Origin: an uncultured Anaerolineales bacterium
GTDB lineage: Bacteria; Chloroflexota; Anaerolineae; UBA2200
Direction of reading: 5' to 3'
Assembly: GCA_964478075.1 (NCBI GenBank)
Contig: CAYZGO010000008.1
Coordinates: 37,284-101,283 of the forward strand
DNA length: 64,000 bases
Of the stretch, positions 47,339 through 57,534 are shown one piece after another (positions within the stretch are counted from its first letter, which is position 1; every line of letters begins with the position of its first letter). The notes under the pieces were generated by a model. The model did not search any database. It was not told the DNA's origin and was given only the letters and a program-made list of their open reading frames with translations. Position numbers and translations under genes: made by a program.

Positions 47339-48673
47339 CTAAGTATGGGGAAAAAGCTGCTCTTTGACCTCTGGGGCGTAGCGTTCCACTATGTCAACTG
47401 TGATGGCCCCTGCCCGGCATATCTCGCTGTATAGCCTGCCACTGCGCTTCAACGTGCGCTGCCCTGTCTCCAGGTCGAGATGGGCCAAGCCAAAGCGTGC
47501 GCTAAACCCCTCTGCCCATTCAAAGTTGTCCACCAACGACCAGAAGTAGAGGCCCTTGACCGGCACGCCCTCCGCCAGCGCGCGGCACACAGCAGCCAGG
47601 TGCGTCAGAATCATACGTGGGCGCTTGGAATCGTCGTTGTCAGGCACGCCAACTTCGGTGATGTAAATAGGCTTGCCATAGCGCTCCAGTCGCTTGAGCA
47701 AGCGGTACATGCCTTCGGGATAGATCTCTCCCCAACCCTCCATGCTGAACTCGGCGCCGGGCATGGGAAAGCGCCGCGTGAAAAGCAGTCCTGGCTGTGT
47801 GATATCGAAGCTTACCACGTCACGGCAATAGTAGTTCAATCCGATAAAATCTTGCGAGTCTACGGCTTCTGGGACCCTGGTGTTCAGGCCGAGAGGGAAG
47901 CGCAGCACGCCATCCACGGGCGGGGTGAGCACAATCTGGTTGAAAAGCCGATCTTGCAGCCACGCTGCCCAGCGATCCAGCGGCGAGTTGGGCTTGAAAG
48001 GGTCAAAGATGCGCAGGTGTTGCGCAAGGCCGGCCCTGCCCATTGGCTGCAGACGGTGAATAGCGCGGTAGGCAAAGGCGTGGGCAAGCAGTTGGTGGCG
48101 CAGCACGCGGAAAGTCGCCAGCATATCGCGCTTCTGCGGCGGCCAGATGCCCAGCAAATAGGACTGCACGGCGTAGATGTTTGGTTCATTGATAGTGCAC
48201 CATAAATCCACAAGGTCGCCACATGCTTCGACGACCTTGGTCACAAAACGTTCAAAGTAGCGCACTACGGCTTCGTTCTCCCAGCCTCCCTTCTTGGCCA
48301 ACCACAACGGGGTAGTGAAGTGGAAGAGCGTCACCATGGGCTCCAGGCCCCGTGCGCGCAATGCGCTCAGCATATCCCGATAACGGGCAAGTGCATCGCC
48401 GTCCCATTCTCCTTCTCTGGGCTCGACGCGGCTCCACTCGATGGAGAGCCGAAGCGCGTTCTGGCCCATGGATTGGGCCAAATCAGAGTCTTCCGCGTAG
48501 CGACCGGCCCACCATTGGCAGGCGCGGCTGGCATCAGTGCCGTCTGCGATATTGCCGGGAATCCCTTCCCATGCCGACCAATCGTTATCGGTCTGCTCAC
48601 CTTCAAACTGGTGGGCAGAAGTAGCTGTGCCCCAGCGAAAATCGGGTGGAAAGCGGAGGGCATCCGTGTTCAC
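47339..48673 (-). CDS. Glycoside hydrolase family 1 (beta-glucosidase)
   Basis: FRWGTATSAHQFEGE N-terminal signature and ITEVG nucleophile region. GTG start overlapping the asnS stop (TAGTG). The track ORF is extended 49 codons into asnS. Confidence 0.82.
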   Translation of the reverse strand: MNTDALRFPPDFRWGTATSAHQFEGEQTDNDWSAWEGIPGNIADGTDASRACQWWAGRYAEDSDLAQSMGQNALRLSIEWSRVEPREGEWDGDALARYRDMLSALRARGLEPMVTLFHFTTPLWLAKKGGWENEAVVRYFERFVTKVVEACGDLVDLWCTINEPNIYAVQSYLLGIWPPQKRDMLATFRVLRHQLLAHAFAYRAIHRLQPMGRAGLAQHLRIFDPFKPNSPLDRWAAWLQDRLFNQIVLTPPVDGVLRFPLGLNTRVPEAVDSQDFIGLNYYCRDVVSFDITQPGLLFTRRFPMPGAEFSMEGWGEIYPEGMYRLLKRLERYGKPIYITEVGVPDNDDSKRPRMILTHLAAVCRALAEGVPVKGLYFWSLVDNFEWAEGFSARFGLAHLDLETGQRTLKRSGRLYSEICRAGAITVDIVERYAPEVKEQLFPHT

Positions 48674-49968
48674 TATGGATACATCCTTTCCAGCATGCGG
48701 GGGAAAGCGATTGTCTCGCGGATGTGTTGAATGCCGCATACCCAGGCAACTGTGCGCTCCAGGCCCAATCCAAAGCCTGAGTGCGGCACAGAGCCATAGC
48801 GGCGCAGATCGAGGTACCACTCATATGCTTCGCGAGGCAGATTGTGCTCCTTGAGGCGTTGCTCTAGCAGTTCGTAGCTGGCCGTGCGCTGCCCACCGCC
48901 AATGATCTCGCCGTAGCCCTCGGGCGCAAGGAGATCCACCGAGAGACACACCTCGGGTCGCGAGGGGTGCGCTTCCATGTAGAAGGCCTTACAGGCTGTC
49001 GGATAGTGGTACACAAACACGGGCTTCTCAAAGTGTTCTCCTAACGCCACTTCGTGTGGCGCACCAAAGTCGTCGCCCCACTTGAACTCCAGACCGTCTT
49101 TGTTCAGTAGTTCCACCGCCTCGTCGTAGCTGATGCGGGGGAAAGGCGCTACCACTTTTTGCAGGCGGGAGGTATCCCGGCCAAGAGTCTCCAACTCTGC
49201 CGCGCGATTGTTGAGAACCATCTGCACAATGTAACTTACGAATTCTTCCTCCACCTGCATGCAACCTTCCAGGTCTACGTAGGCCATCTCTGGCTCGACC
49301 ATCCAGAATTCCGTCAGGTGCCGGCGGGTCTTGGATTTTTCTGCGCGGAATGTGGGCCCAAAGCAGTATACTTTGCCGAACGCGCCAATCGTAGCTTCGC
49401 TATAGAGTTGCCCGCTTTGGGCGAGGTAGGCTTTCTCGCCAAAGTAGTCGGTTTCAAACAACGTGGTGGTGTCTTCGCACGAGGAGGGAGTCAGAATGGG
49501 AGTGTCTACGTTTATGAATCCATGGTCATCCAGCCAACCCCGAATGGCCTTGACCACCTCAGCGCGAACACGCAGAATAGCATGTTGGCGCGAAGAGCGG
49601 ATCCAGAGGTGACGGTGTTGCATCAAGAAGGCAATGCCGTGCTCCTTGGGCGTGATGGGGTAGTCCTGTGTCAACTGTACGATCTGCAGGTCATTTAGCA
49701 GCAGTTCGTAGCCGCCAGGAGCACGCCTGTCGGCTCTCACTTTGCCCGTCACGGTGATAGACGATTCCTGTGTCAGGCTCCGAGCATCGGCAAAGACCTG
49801 CGCGCTCACGCCCTTCTGCGAGGCCACGCACTGCACGAGGCCCGTACCATCACGCACGAGCAGGAATTGCAGCTTGCCTTTGTCAGTGCGGTTATAGAGC
49901 CAACCCTTGATGGTTACTTGCTGGCCCTCATAAGTAGCGATTTCCTTGATATAGACACGCTCAGTCAC
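48673..49968 (-). CDS. asnS: Asparagine--tRNA ligase
   Basis: Class II aaRS. N-terminal OB-fold ([24 protein letters not shown]). Motif 2 [21 protein letters not shown] is typical of AsnRS. Confidence 0.9.
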   Translation of the reverse strand: MTERVYIKEIATYEGQQVTIKGWLYNRTDKGKLQFLLVRDGTGLVQCVASQKGVSAQVFADARSLTQESSITVTGKVRADRRAPGGYELLLNDLQIVQLTQDYPITPKEHGIAFLMQHRHLWIRSSRQHAILRVRAEVVKAIRGWLDDHGFINVDTPILTPSSCEDTTTLFETDYFGEKAYLAQSGQLYSEATIGAFGKVYCFGPTFRAEKSKTRRHLTEFWMVEPEMAYVDLEGCMQVEEEFVSYIVQMVLNNRAAELETLGRDTSRLQKVVAPFPRISYDEAVELLNKDGLEFKWGDDFGAPHEVALGEHFEKPVFVYHYPTACKAFYMEAHPSRPEVCLSVDLLAPEGYGEIIGGGQRTASYELLEQRLKEHNLPREAYEWYLDLRRYGSVPHSGFGLGLERTVAWVCGIQHIRETIAFPRMLERMYP

Positions 49969-50081
49969 ATCATACCTCCTGGATGTCGCAGCAAGGGGCG
50001 ATCGCGAGAGACAGCTTAGACCAGTCGCCTTCAGAGCCTTGCGCGCCGGTCGCTGGATTCTAGCTACAAAGACTTGTCAGG

Positions 50082-53000
50082 TCAAGAACCTGCTGCCACG
50101 AATGGAAGACGTTTTCTCAATCGGGCTGGCAACAACTCCATGACTAGAGCCACATCAGGCTGGCGAAAAGCGCCCAGAGCGGCAAGTGCAGTGAGATAAA
50201 CCACTGCAGAGACAGGAACTGTCAGCAGGATGGTCTTGCCGCGCAGCAGCCACATCACGGCGGCCATGGCAACAGCAGCCGCGCCTGGACGCCAGAACAG
50301 GTCCAGCCATGGCAAAGTAGTCAGATTCTTGCGCACGCAGTGATAGAACGGGATGAGCAAAGCAACTTCCGACAGTGCGGTTACCACGGCCGCCGCCACA
50401 TAGCCGTATCGTGGGATCAAGAGCAAGTTGCTCAGGATGTTGAAACTGGCGCCGAACAGAAAGGCTCGTGTCAGGAAGCTTTGCTGGTTAATGGCAATCA
50501 GTACGTACTGTGTGACACTGTTAATGAAACCGATGGGCATGTACCAGATGAGGAGCTGAAGCGCAATCATAGACTGTGGTAGGTAGCCTGGACCAGCCAG
50601 GATCAATATGAGCTCACGTGCGATGAATGTCGTGCCGACCGCAATGGGCAGGGCTATCATAACCAACAGCTTGACAGACAGAATGTAGGCACGCACCAAT
50701 GAATCGCGCTGTGATTCGGCGAAGCGCGAGATCAAGGGGAAAATGGCCATGGTGAAATATGAGGGAATGATGTCCAGACCTCGAATGTAGCGGTAGGCTG
50801 CTCCATAGTAACCGACTTCTGCGTCGCCACGTAGGGGCTGGAGCAAGAGCACATCTACCTGGAAGAAGACTTTGGCTAGCAGATTGTTGAGCATCAGCGG
50901 AAGGGAGGTGCGCATCATGGTGCGCCCGAAACCAGTATCGAACTCTGGCTTGGGCCGGAAGAACAGGCGTGTGGCCAGGAAGCCGAGGATTATGGCCGTG
51001 CTGATACTGACCAGCAGCGACGTGGCCGCCAGTCCCACAAACCCATAGCCCAGCAGCAGCACCATCGTGCCCGCAGTGACGCGCATGATGGTCGTCACCG
51101 ACATGATAGCCGCCGGATACTCCATTTTCTCGTTAGCGTAAAAGATGGAACTCAACGAGTTGGCGATCAAGTCTGGAATCAATGCCGCAAAGAAGAAAAT
51201 GATGGCCCACATAGTGTCCGTGGTCAGGCCGGACAGACGCACGTAGGCGTAGATCACAGCGCCCAGCACTGGCAGCGAGGCCAACCACAGGAGGAGACGC
51301 AGAGCCACGCTGTTGCTCAGGTAACGGTTGGCCTGTGCTCTGTGCTTAGCGATTTCCCGTGTGATCAAGGTGCCCAGGCCAAACATGATGAACGTCTCGA
51401 AATAGCCGATAAAGTTGAAGGCAAAGTTGTAGCGCCCAGCGCCCTCAGGAGCCAATATGCGCAGGTAGAGCATGGCGAAAGCCATATCAATGAGGCGGTT
51501 CAGCAGAGACAGCACCATCGGTGTCAGTGCGTTCTTGGCCACGCGCTTTACTGCCGATTCGCTCTCGTCTCTAGGATAGAAGCGACGCCAGAGCCAATAG
51601 CTGATAAGCAACAGAAGGATCACACCGGCCATAAAGCTGACGAATAGACCTAGCTTGAAGGAGAACGGCGTGTACTTGAAGCGCACTGAGTGTTGGCCCG
51701 GTCCAAGGGCCACAGCCCGGAAAGTGCCATTCGCTCGATAGATGGGTATTTCTCGTTCATCGGGACCTGGATGGGTGTCGTAGGCTTTCCATCCTGGGGA
51801 ATAATTGTCAGTCAGCACCAGGTAACCACCGCGTTCTAGATGCACTTCAATGATTACCTCGTTCAGATCATAGCGTACGATGCTGGCTGGTTCCCACTCG
51901 CTAGCCCTGTCCCCAGGCACATCTCCTTCCGGCACTTCCTCCAGTATGACCATCTGTCGGGGATCAAATTGGCGCAAGGCATCGCGCCTGGCCGTTTCAT
52001 CGGGGATGACCTGAGAGAGATGGACGACAAAGGCGCGCGGCAAATAATCCTCGTTGCGATAGACTCGCACTTCGTGGTCATAGACAAGGGTGTAATTGGT
52101 ATTGGCAATGACTTGCGTCGTCAACACGTATTTGACGTTAAGCAAGTCCAGCAGATGGGAGTCAAGAGAGTCACGATCGTTCAGTGGCGAAATACGGTTG
52201 TACAGCAACTGCCGCTGCCGCTCAACGAGTTGCATATAGTCCACGTATTGTTGTGATATGATCGAGTCGTAGCCACGCACATCAGAGAAGTCGTAGAACA
52301 TGCCAGCATTGACATCAAAGGTTTTCTCTTCAGGCAGATTAAAGGTGGTGAAACGCCACAGTTCCTCGTCTTGCTGGAGAAAGGCTACCACAGGCGGCTC
52401 AAATTCCATGATGGCTGAGTCTGCAGCCGGATTAAAGTTCATGCCAATGGTGAACAGTTCAGCAACGACGACTGTCAGTGCCAGCAATTGCCACAATGGC
52501 ACTCTGCCCAGGCGCGGACGAGTGCTGCTCAGTAAGAGGGTCAGGCCAGCGCCGCCCAGTGCCACGAAGAAGATCAGCAGATTGCGAAACTGGTACGAGT
52601 AAAAGGCCCGCCCGTCGGCAAAGGCCTCGGAAGCGTGCGCCAGAGCCAACATGGCGCGTTCTGCCAGTGCGGTTACCGCTGCAGGAAAATGCAGACTGAG
52701 CGCTAGTGCGCCCAGCCCCAGCACTCCCAAGGTAAGGGCAAGCCCGCCAAGCAGGCGAACGGAGCGCATCCCTGCGCGATGCCGATTACTTGCCAGCCAC
52801 GATGCCCCGCATCCAGCGAGAATGGAAACGCTCAGAGTGTAAGGGAATATCCAGCGAAATGGCGAATGCAGTTGCTTGATGCCAGGCAGGAGGTAGTAGA
52901 GGACTGCATACAGCGGTGTGCCGAAGGCAAGCAGTAAAGAGATAATGGCCAAGGCCAGGAATATCCAGACGTATTTCGTCCTCAGTTTCCAGATGGCAAC

Positions 53001-54131
53001 CAGGCTCAATAACAAGGGCAGGATGCCTACATAGCTGGCACCTTCCACGTAATTCTTGACACCCCAGTAAATGGTATGGATAGGCATACCCTGAGCGTTG
53101 TGCAGCGCGGTCACAGTCTGCCGGCTGAAGACGTCAAGGTAGCTGTGGTGGGCCGGGTTGCCGAAAAAGTCGGGCACGAGGAAGGCAACCAGCCGCCGCC
53201 AAGGGTAGGCCCAGCCTATGATCTGTTGGTAGGTGGCCGATTCCTGTCGAAAGCTCTCAGTAACGAGTTCATACAGTGGGATGACCTGGATAGCAGCTAG
53301 GCCAATGCCCAGGACGATCAGCAATGCCACGCTCACGCCCAGTTTGCCCAACTGCGCCCAGCTGCGATTCTGCCACCAAAGGATGCCTAGACGGCAGATG
53401 GCGTAGAAAGTCGTCACCAGCACAACATAGTAGGCAATCTCCACGTGCCCAACGAGAAACTGCAGTCCCAAGGCCACCGATCCGAAGGCAATCCAGGGGA
53501 TGTATGATGCGGGTCGTGGCTTCTGGCCTGCCAGTTGTGCCTCCTGGGTACGGATGAGGCGCTCGACTATGGCCAGCAACAGGGGCAGCCACGAAGCAGC
53601 AGCAATGATCATGGGATGGACCACGCTGACGATCATAAAGCCACTGAACGGGTAGACGATTGCGGCCACAATACTGCCCACTCGCTCCAGGCGTATAGTC
53701 CGGGTGTAAATGTACATGAAGACGCCAGCCAGGAGGAGCTGCAGGATAGTAAAGCAGCCGTAAGCCTTGACCAGGGGCAGTACGTAGAATACCAGGCTTA
53801 GTGGGTATAACGCTGAATGCTGGCCCGCGGCCAGAAAGGGCTGCCCAGACAGGATGTAGGGATTCCAGAGGGGAAGCTGTCTGCTCTTGAGCGCCTGTAC
53901 AATGAAGCGTTTCCAAACATAGTTCTCAAGTACGAGGTCGCTGAGCAGTTCGTTATGGGGAACGTCAATGCCAAACTGAGCAGCGAAGGTCTGCCAGGGT
54001 TGGGCAGTGAAAAGGTTGTCAAAAGGCAACAGCGTCTTGCCCCCCAGGATGACGGGCCAAAAGAAAATGACCAGGAGGGCAAGCAAGCCGAGGACGATAG
54101 ACAGATTTAGCACAAGGGGTCTTCTGGTCAC
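50082..54131 (-). CDS. Giant membrane protein (1349 aa): YfhO-family lipid-linked glycosyltransferase domain fused to a C-terminal Wzx/MOP-superfamily polysaccharide flippase domain
   Basis: N-terminal 850 aa: many TM segments with YfhO-like motifs (LWNPYILSGQPFLAAGQ). C-terminal 480 aa: 12-14 TM with polysaccharide-biosynthesis-protein (Wzx/MviN-like) features (LLAKVFFQVDVLLLQPLRGDAEVGYYGAAYRY). A single uninterrupted ORF. Confidence 0.75.
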   Translation of the reverse strand: MTRRPLVLNLSIVLGLLALLVIFFWPVILGGKTLLPFDNLFTAQPWQTFAAQFGIDVPHNELLSDLVLENYVWKRFIVQALKSRQLPLWNPYILSGQPFLAAGQHSALYPLSLVFYVLPLVKAYGCFTILQLLLAGVFMYIYTRTIRLERVGSIVAAIVYPFSGFMIVSVVHPMIIAAASWLPLLLAIVERLIRTQEAQLAGQKPRPASYIPWIAFGSVALGLQFLVGHVEIAYYVVLVTTFYAICRLGILWWQNRSWAQLGKLGVSVALLIVLGIGLAAIQVIPLYELVTESFRQESATYQQIIGWAYPWRRLVAFLVPDFFGNPAHHSYLDVFSRQTVTALHNAQGMPIHTIYWGVKNYVEGASYVGILPLLLSLVAIWKLRTKYVWIFLALAIISLLLAFGTPLYAVLYYLLPGIKQLHSPFRWIFPYTLSVSILAGCGASWLASNRHRAGMRSVRLLGGLALTLGVLGLGALALSLHFPAAVTALAERAMLALAHASEAFADGRAFYSYQFRNLLIFFVALGGAGLTLLLSSTRPRLGRVPLWQLLALTVVVAELFTIGMNFNPAADSAIMEFEPPVVAFLQQDEELWRFTTFNLPEEKTFDVNAGMFYDFSDVRGYDSIISQQYVDYMQLVERQRQLLYNRISPLNDRDSLDSHLLDLLNVKYVLTTQVIANTNYTLVYDHEVRVYRNEDYLPRAFVVHLSQVIPDETARRDALRQFDPRQMVILEEVPEGDVPGDRASEWEPASIVRYDLNEVIIEVHLERGGYLVLTDNYSPGWKAYDTHPGPDEREIPIYRANGTFRAVALGPGQHSVRFKYTPFSFKLGLFVSFMAGVILLLLISYWLWRRFYPRDESESAVKRVAKNALTPMVLSLLNRLIDMAFAMLYLRILAPEGAGRYNFAFNFIGYFETFIMFGLGTLITREIAKHRAQANRYLSNSVALRLLLWLASLPVLGAVIYAYVRLSGLTTDTMWAIIFFFAALIPDLIANSLSSIFYANEKMEYPAAIMSVTTIMRVTAGTMVLLLGYGFVGLAATSLLVSISTAIILGFLATRLFFRPKPEFDTGFGRTMMRTSLPLMLNNLLAKVFFQVDVLLLQPLRGDAEVGYYGAAYRYIRGLDIIPSYFTMAIFPLISRFAESQRDSLVRAYILSVKLLVMIALPIAVGTTFIARELILILAGPGYLPQSMIALQLLIWYMPIGFINSVTQYVLIAINQQSFLTRAFLFGASFNILSNLLLIPRYGYVAAAVVTALSEVALLIPFYHCVRKNLTTLPWLDLFWRPGAAAVAMAAVMWLLRGKTILLTVPVSAVVYLTALAALGAFRQPDVALVMELLPARLRKRLPFVAAGS

Positions 54132-54282
54132 TGGATAAACTGCCTTTCTGAAAATGGCTGGCCGTGATTATACTGAGAGAACAGGCAGCGGTCAACAGTT
54201 CCTGGCTGACATCGTTACTCTGGAAGAGCAGTGAGCCAGGGGGCATATTTGCTTGAAATACGGGGAAGTGCGCCGCTCATGG

Positions 54283-54311
54283 TTGACAGCCAGCGAGATT
54301 TGTGCTATAAT
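54283..54311 (+). promoter_or_regulatory. Consensus sigma-70 promoter (TTGACA-N17-TATAAT) of the DeoR/PTS amino-sugar operon
   Basis: Exact hexamers, 40 nt upstream of the deoR start. Confidence 0.6.
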
Positions 54312-54351
54312 TGAGCATAGTCAAGCGCCAGAATTGCGCGAAAATTGATGT

Positions 54352-55131
54352 TTGGTGAGGAGAGCCAAGCTGCTGAGAGAAGAGCGCAAGCGAGAGATCT
54401 CACGGTTCATCAATGAGAACAAGAAAGCAACCGTCACCGAGTTGAGCAGACTCTTCAGAGTCAGTGAGTCAACCATTAGACGTGACTTGGGGGAGCTGGA
54501 TGAGCAAGGGGTAATCCAGCGGGCCCATGGCGGGGCTGTCATCGTTGAGCATGCAGCGCCCGAGCCACCCATTATCCAGAGGATGGTAGAAAGCGCAGAA
54601 GAGAAGAGGAGGGTCGGGCGGCCGGCGGCTGAACTAGTCCGAGATGGCGAAACTGTTTTCGTAGGCTCAGGGACCACTACTTTGGAGGTGGCCCGCAACC
54701 TAGTGGACAGAGAGAATCTGACAGTTATAACCAATGCACTCAACATTGCCAGTGTCTTCGCCGGAAAGTCCAATGTGTCGGTGATCGTTGTAGGTGGGCT
54801 TCTGCGCCATTCGGAGTTGTCAATGCTCGGTCACATTGCCGAACAGACTTTGGAAGAATTGAACGCAGCCAGAGTTATTATGGGCATGAGAGCTATTAGC
54901 ATAGAGCATGGGCTGACCAGCGATTACCTGCCTGAAGCGATGACCGATAGGGCTATCATCCGATCTGCTCCTGAGGTGATCCTGGTGGCTGACCACAGCA
55001 AATTTGGGAAGGTGTCCACTGCCCTGGTGGCTCCTATCACTGCCGTTCATAGAATAGTGACTGATTCCGCTACCCCAGCGGATATCTTGGCAGAATTGAG
55101 GGAGCTGGGCATAGAGGTGATCTTGGCTTGA
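54352..55131 (+). CDS. DeoR/GlpR-family transcriptional regulator
   Basis: N-terminal HTH (VTELSRLFRVSESTIRRDLGEL) and a DeoR C-terminal sugar-phosphate sensor domain. Confidence 0.85.
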   Translation: MVRRAKLLREERKREISRFINENKKATVTELSRLFRVSESTIRRDLGELDEQGVIQRAHGGAVIVEHAAPEPPIIQRMVESAEEKRRVGRPAAELVRDGETVFVGSGTTTLEVARNLVDRENLTVITNALNIASVFAGKSNVSVIVVGGLLRHSELSMLGHIAEQTLEELNAARVIMGMRAISIEHGLTSDYLPEAMTDRAIIRSAPEVILVADHSKFGKVSTALVAPITAVHRIVTDSATPADILAELRELGIEVILA

Positions 55132-55200
55132 GGAGAAGAAGCAACCATACGTGAGCTTCGGCAGAATCAGCATTCATAGCAAAGGAGGCACATCGTCCCA

Positions 55201-55482
55201 ATGAGAATCGCTACCCTGTGCGGGATGGGCTTTGGCACTAGTATGATGCTCAAAATGTTCATTGACGAGATCCTGAAAGATATTCGGATGAAAGCTGAGG
55301 TGGTCCCTTGGGACCTGGGGACGTTCAAGGGGCAACAAGCCGACATTGTTGTGGCGCCGACAGATATGGAGATGCACCTTAGAGGCACGTCAGCTAAGGT
55401 GGTGCTCATTAGGAATCTGGTTGATAAGAAGGAATTGCGCGACAAGCTGGTGCCTCTCCTGCAAGAATGGCAGGGTTCATAA
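55201..55482 (+). CDS. PTS EIIB component, L-ascorbate (UlaB/SgaB) family
   Basis: MRIATLCGMGFGTSMMLK with the active-site Cys at position 7. 93 aa. Confidence 0.85.
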   Translation: MRIATLCGMGFGTSMMLKMFIDEILKDIRMKAEVVPWDLGTFKGQQADIVVAPTDMEMHLRGTSAKVVLIRNLVDKKELRDKLVPLLQEWQGS

Positions 55483-55607
55483 TGAAGCATAGTACTCCAT
55501 GAGCGCCAGTGCACGGGGAGGGAGGTGATAGATGAACCATCGCGACTAGCGTCACTATTGCCGTGGAACCGTTTTCTATTTTGAGCAACTTAAGGAGGGA
55601 AAATCCA

Positions 55608-56897
55608 ATGATTGAGCTACTTCTCCAATTGATTCAGACACCAGCAGTAGTACTTGGCCTGATAGCGCTGGTGGGCCTGCTTGTCCAACGCAAGAGCGCA
55701 GGTGAAGTCATCAGTGGCACGCTGAAGACCGTTCTTGGCGTCCTCATCATGAGTGTAGGTGTCGGAGCTCTGATTAACGCCTTGATCCCAATTGAACAGA
55801 TGTTCACCCAGGCGTTCAAGATAGAGGGCTTCGTGACCTTTGATGAGGCTTGCCTGGGCGCAGTGCAGGCGGCTAACGTTGCCGGGGTCGCCGGCGAGAT
55901 TTCGCTGACTATGCTCTTCGGGTATCTCGTCCACATTCTCCTGGCTCGCTTTACGCGCTGGAAGTACATCTACCTGACGGGCCACATGTTCTGGATCCAC
56001 GCCGGTGCTTTCGCGATCCTCTACCACTCCTTCGGGCTGCCGTTCGGCTTGGTGGTAGCCTTGGCCTCCATCACCGACGGACTCTACATGACCTTAGGTC
56101 CGGCACTGGCCCAGCCTTTCATGCGCAAGATCACGGGCTCAGATGACATCGCCTTTGGTCACGGCCAGACGCTGCTGAACGTCATAGGCGGCTGGCTAGG
56201 TGGGCTGGTAGGCAATCCTGAGGACAGCGCAGAGAAGCTCAAGATGCCTGAGGGTCTGGCCTTCTTCCGCGACATGTCCATCTCTATCTCGTTGATCATG
56301 CTGATCGTCGTCATTGTGGCGATGATTTTCGCAGGGCCAGCTTTTGTGACTGAACTCAGCGGGGGGCAGAACTGGATCGTGTTCTCCGTCCTCCAGGCCC
56401 TGGGCTTCACCGCCGGGGTGCTCGTTCTGATCCAAGGCGTACGGATGCTGATTGCCGAGATCGTCCCGGCGTTCAAAGGCATCGCTGACGTGATCGTGCC
56501 TGGCGCCAAGCCAGCCCTGGATTGCCCGGCGATCTATCCCTTTGCACCCGTCTCTCTTATGATTGGGCTGATCACCGGCAGCATCGGACAACTGGTAGCC
56601 ATTGTCATCCTGGGTGCTCTCGGCTGGCCCATCCCCATTCCCAGTATGATTGCTGCCTTCTTTGCCAGTGGATCGGGGGCCATCTTCGGCAACGCTTACG
56701 GTGGCAAATGGGGGGCGGTCATTGGTGGCTTCTTCTGGTGCTTCGCCGGCTGGTTCATGATCAGCCTGGCGTATCAGCTCCGGATCTTTGGCGACTTGGC
56801 AGGCATGGGCGCAGAAGGCTTGTTCTTCACCGTCCCTGATGCCATTCTGCCAGGCTTCGTCATCTGGGGTATCGCCAAGCTCTTCGGACTCGGATAG
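55608..56897 (+). CDS. PTS EIIC component, L-ascorbate (UlaA/SgaT) family
   Basis: MIELLLQLIQTPAVVLGLIALVG...; about 430-aa polytopic membrane protein. AAGGAGGG RBS. Confidence 0.85.
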   Translation: MIELLLQLIQTPAVVLGLIALVGLLVQRKSAGEVISGTLKTVLGVLIMSVGVGALINALIPIEQMFTQAFKIEGFVTFDEACLGAVQAANVAGVAGEISLTMLFGYLVHILLARFTRWKYIYLTGHMFWIHAGAFAILYHSFGLPFGLVVALASITDGLYMTLGPALAQPFMRKITGSDDIAFGHGQTLLNVIGGWLGGLVGNPEDSAEKLKMPEGLAFFRDMSISISLIMLIVVIVAMIFAGPAFVTELSGGQNWIVFSVLQALGFTAGVLVLIQGVRMLIAEIVPAFKGIADVIVPGAKPALDCPAIYPFAPVSLMIGLITGSIGQLVAIVILGALGWPIPIPSMIAAFFASGSGAIFGNAYGGKWGAVIGGFFWCFAGWFMISLAYQLRIFGDLAGMGAEGLFFTVPDAILPGFVIWGIAKLFGLG

Positions 56898-56957
56898 CTG
56901 CCAGAGCGTGTGCCGTCTCTAGCTCGGTGAGAGACTCACGAGCGCTCGGCAAGGCTT

Positions 56958-56993
56958 GGGGGCCAGTATGATGTCCTACTGGCCCCCTTTCGT
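56958..56993 (+). terminator. Intra-operon terminator/attenuator hairpin between the IIC and IIA genes
   Basis: GGGGGCCAGTA-TGATGTCC-TACTGGCCCCC followed by TTTCG. Confidence 0.5.
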
Positions 56994-57038
56994 CTGTACT
57001 GTGCCCCGTCCTCAAGGCAGCTGAAACAGGAAGGTCCA

Positions 57039-57509
57039 TTGACCTTGGCTATTGCTTTACTTGACTTACTGACTGAGAAAACCATCGGACTAGACGTGGA
57101 AGCTGCCGACTGGCGAGAGAGCGTCCGTTTGGCTGGTGCGCTCTTGTTGCACATTGACGCTATCTTGCCCTCCTATATCAATGCTATGGTGAGAGTGCTT
57201 GAGGAACTTGGCCCCTACGTGGTAGTCGCCCCTGGGATTGCTTTGGCCCATGCCAGGCCGGAGGATGGGGTGAAGCGAATGTGCATGAGCTTGGTGAGGC
57301 TGGCTTCCCCGGTGAAGTTTGGCTCCGAGGCCAATGACCCCGTGGATTTGGTATTCGCCTTTGGCGCTGTAGACAAAGAAGGGCATCTCCAAGCCTTAAG
57401 AGAATTAGCCATATTCTTGCAGAAAGAGGAGGCAGTGGCTGCTGTTCGCGAATGCGATAGCCCTGAGAAGGCGCTTCAGGTGATCAGTGAGCACAGCCGC
57501 GAGGCTTAG
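57039..57509 (+). CDS. PTS EIIA component (mannitol/fructose-type EIIA, UlaC-like)
   Basis: PTS_EIIA_2 fold (VVVAPGIALAHARPEDGVK with the active His). TTG start with an AGGAAGG RBS. Confidence 0.8.
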   Translation: MTLAIALLDLLTEKTIGLDVEAADWRESVRLAGALLLHIDAILPSYINAMVRVLEELGPYVVVAPGIALAHARPEDGVKRMCMSLVRLASPVKFGSEANDPVDLVFAFGAVDKEGHLQALRELAIFLQKEEAVAAVRECDSPEKALQVISEHSREA

Positions 57510-57534
57510 AGTGGATCTTATGGGATGGAGTTGA

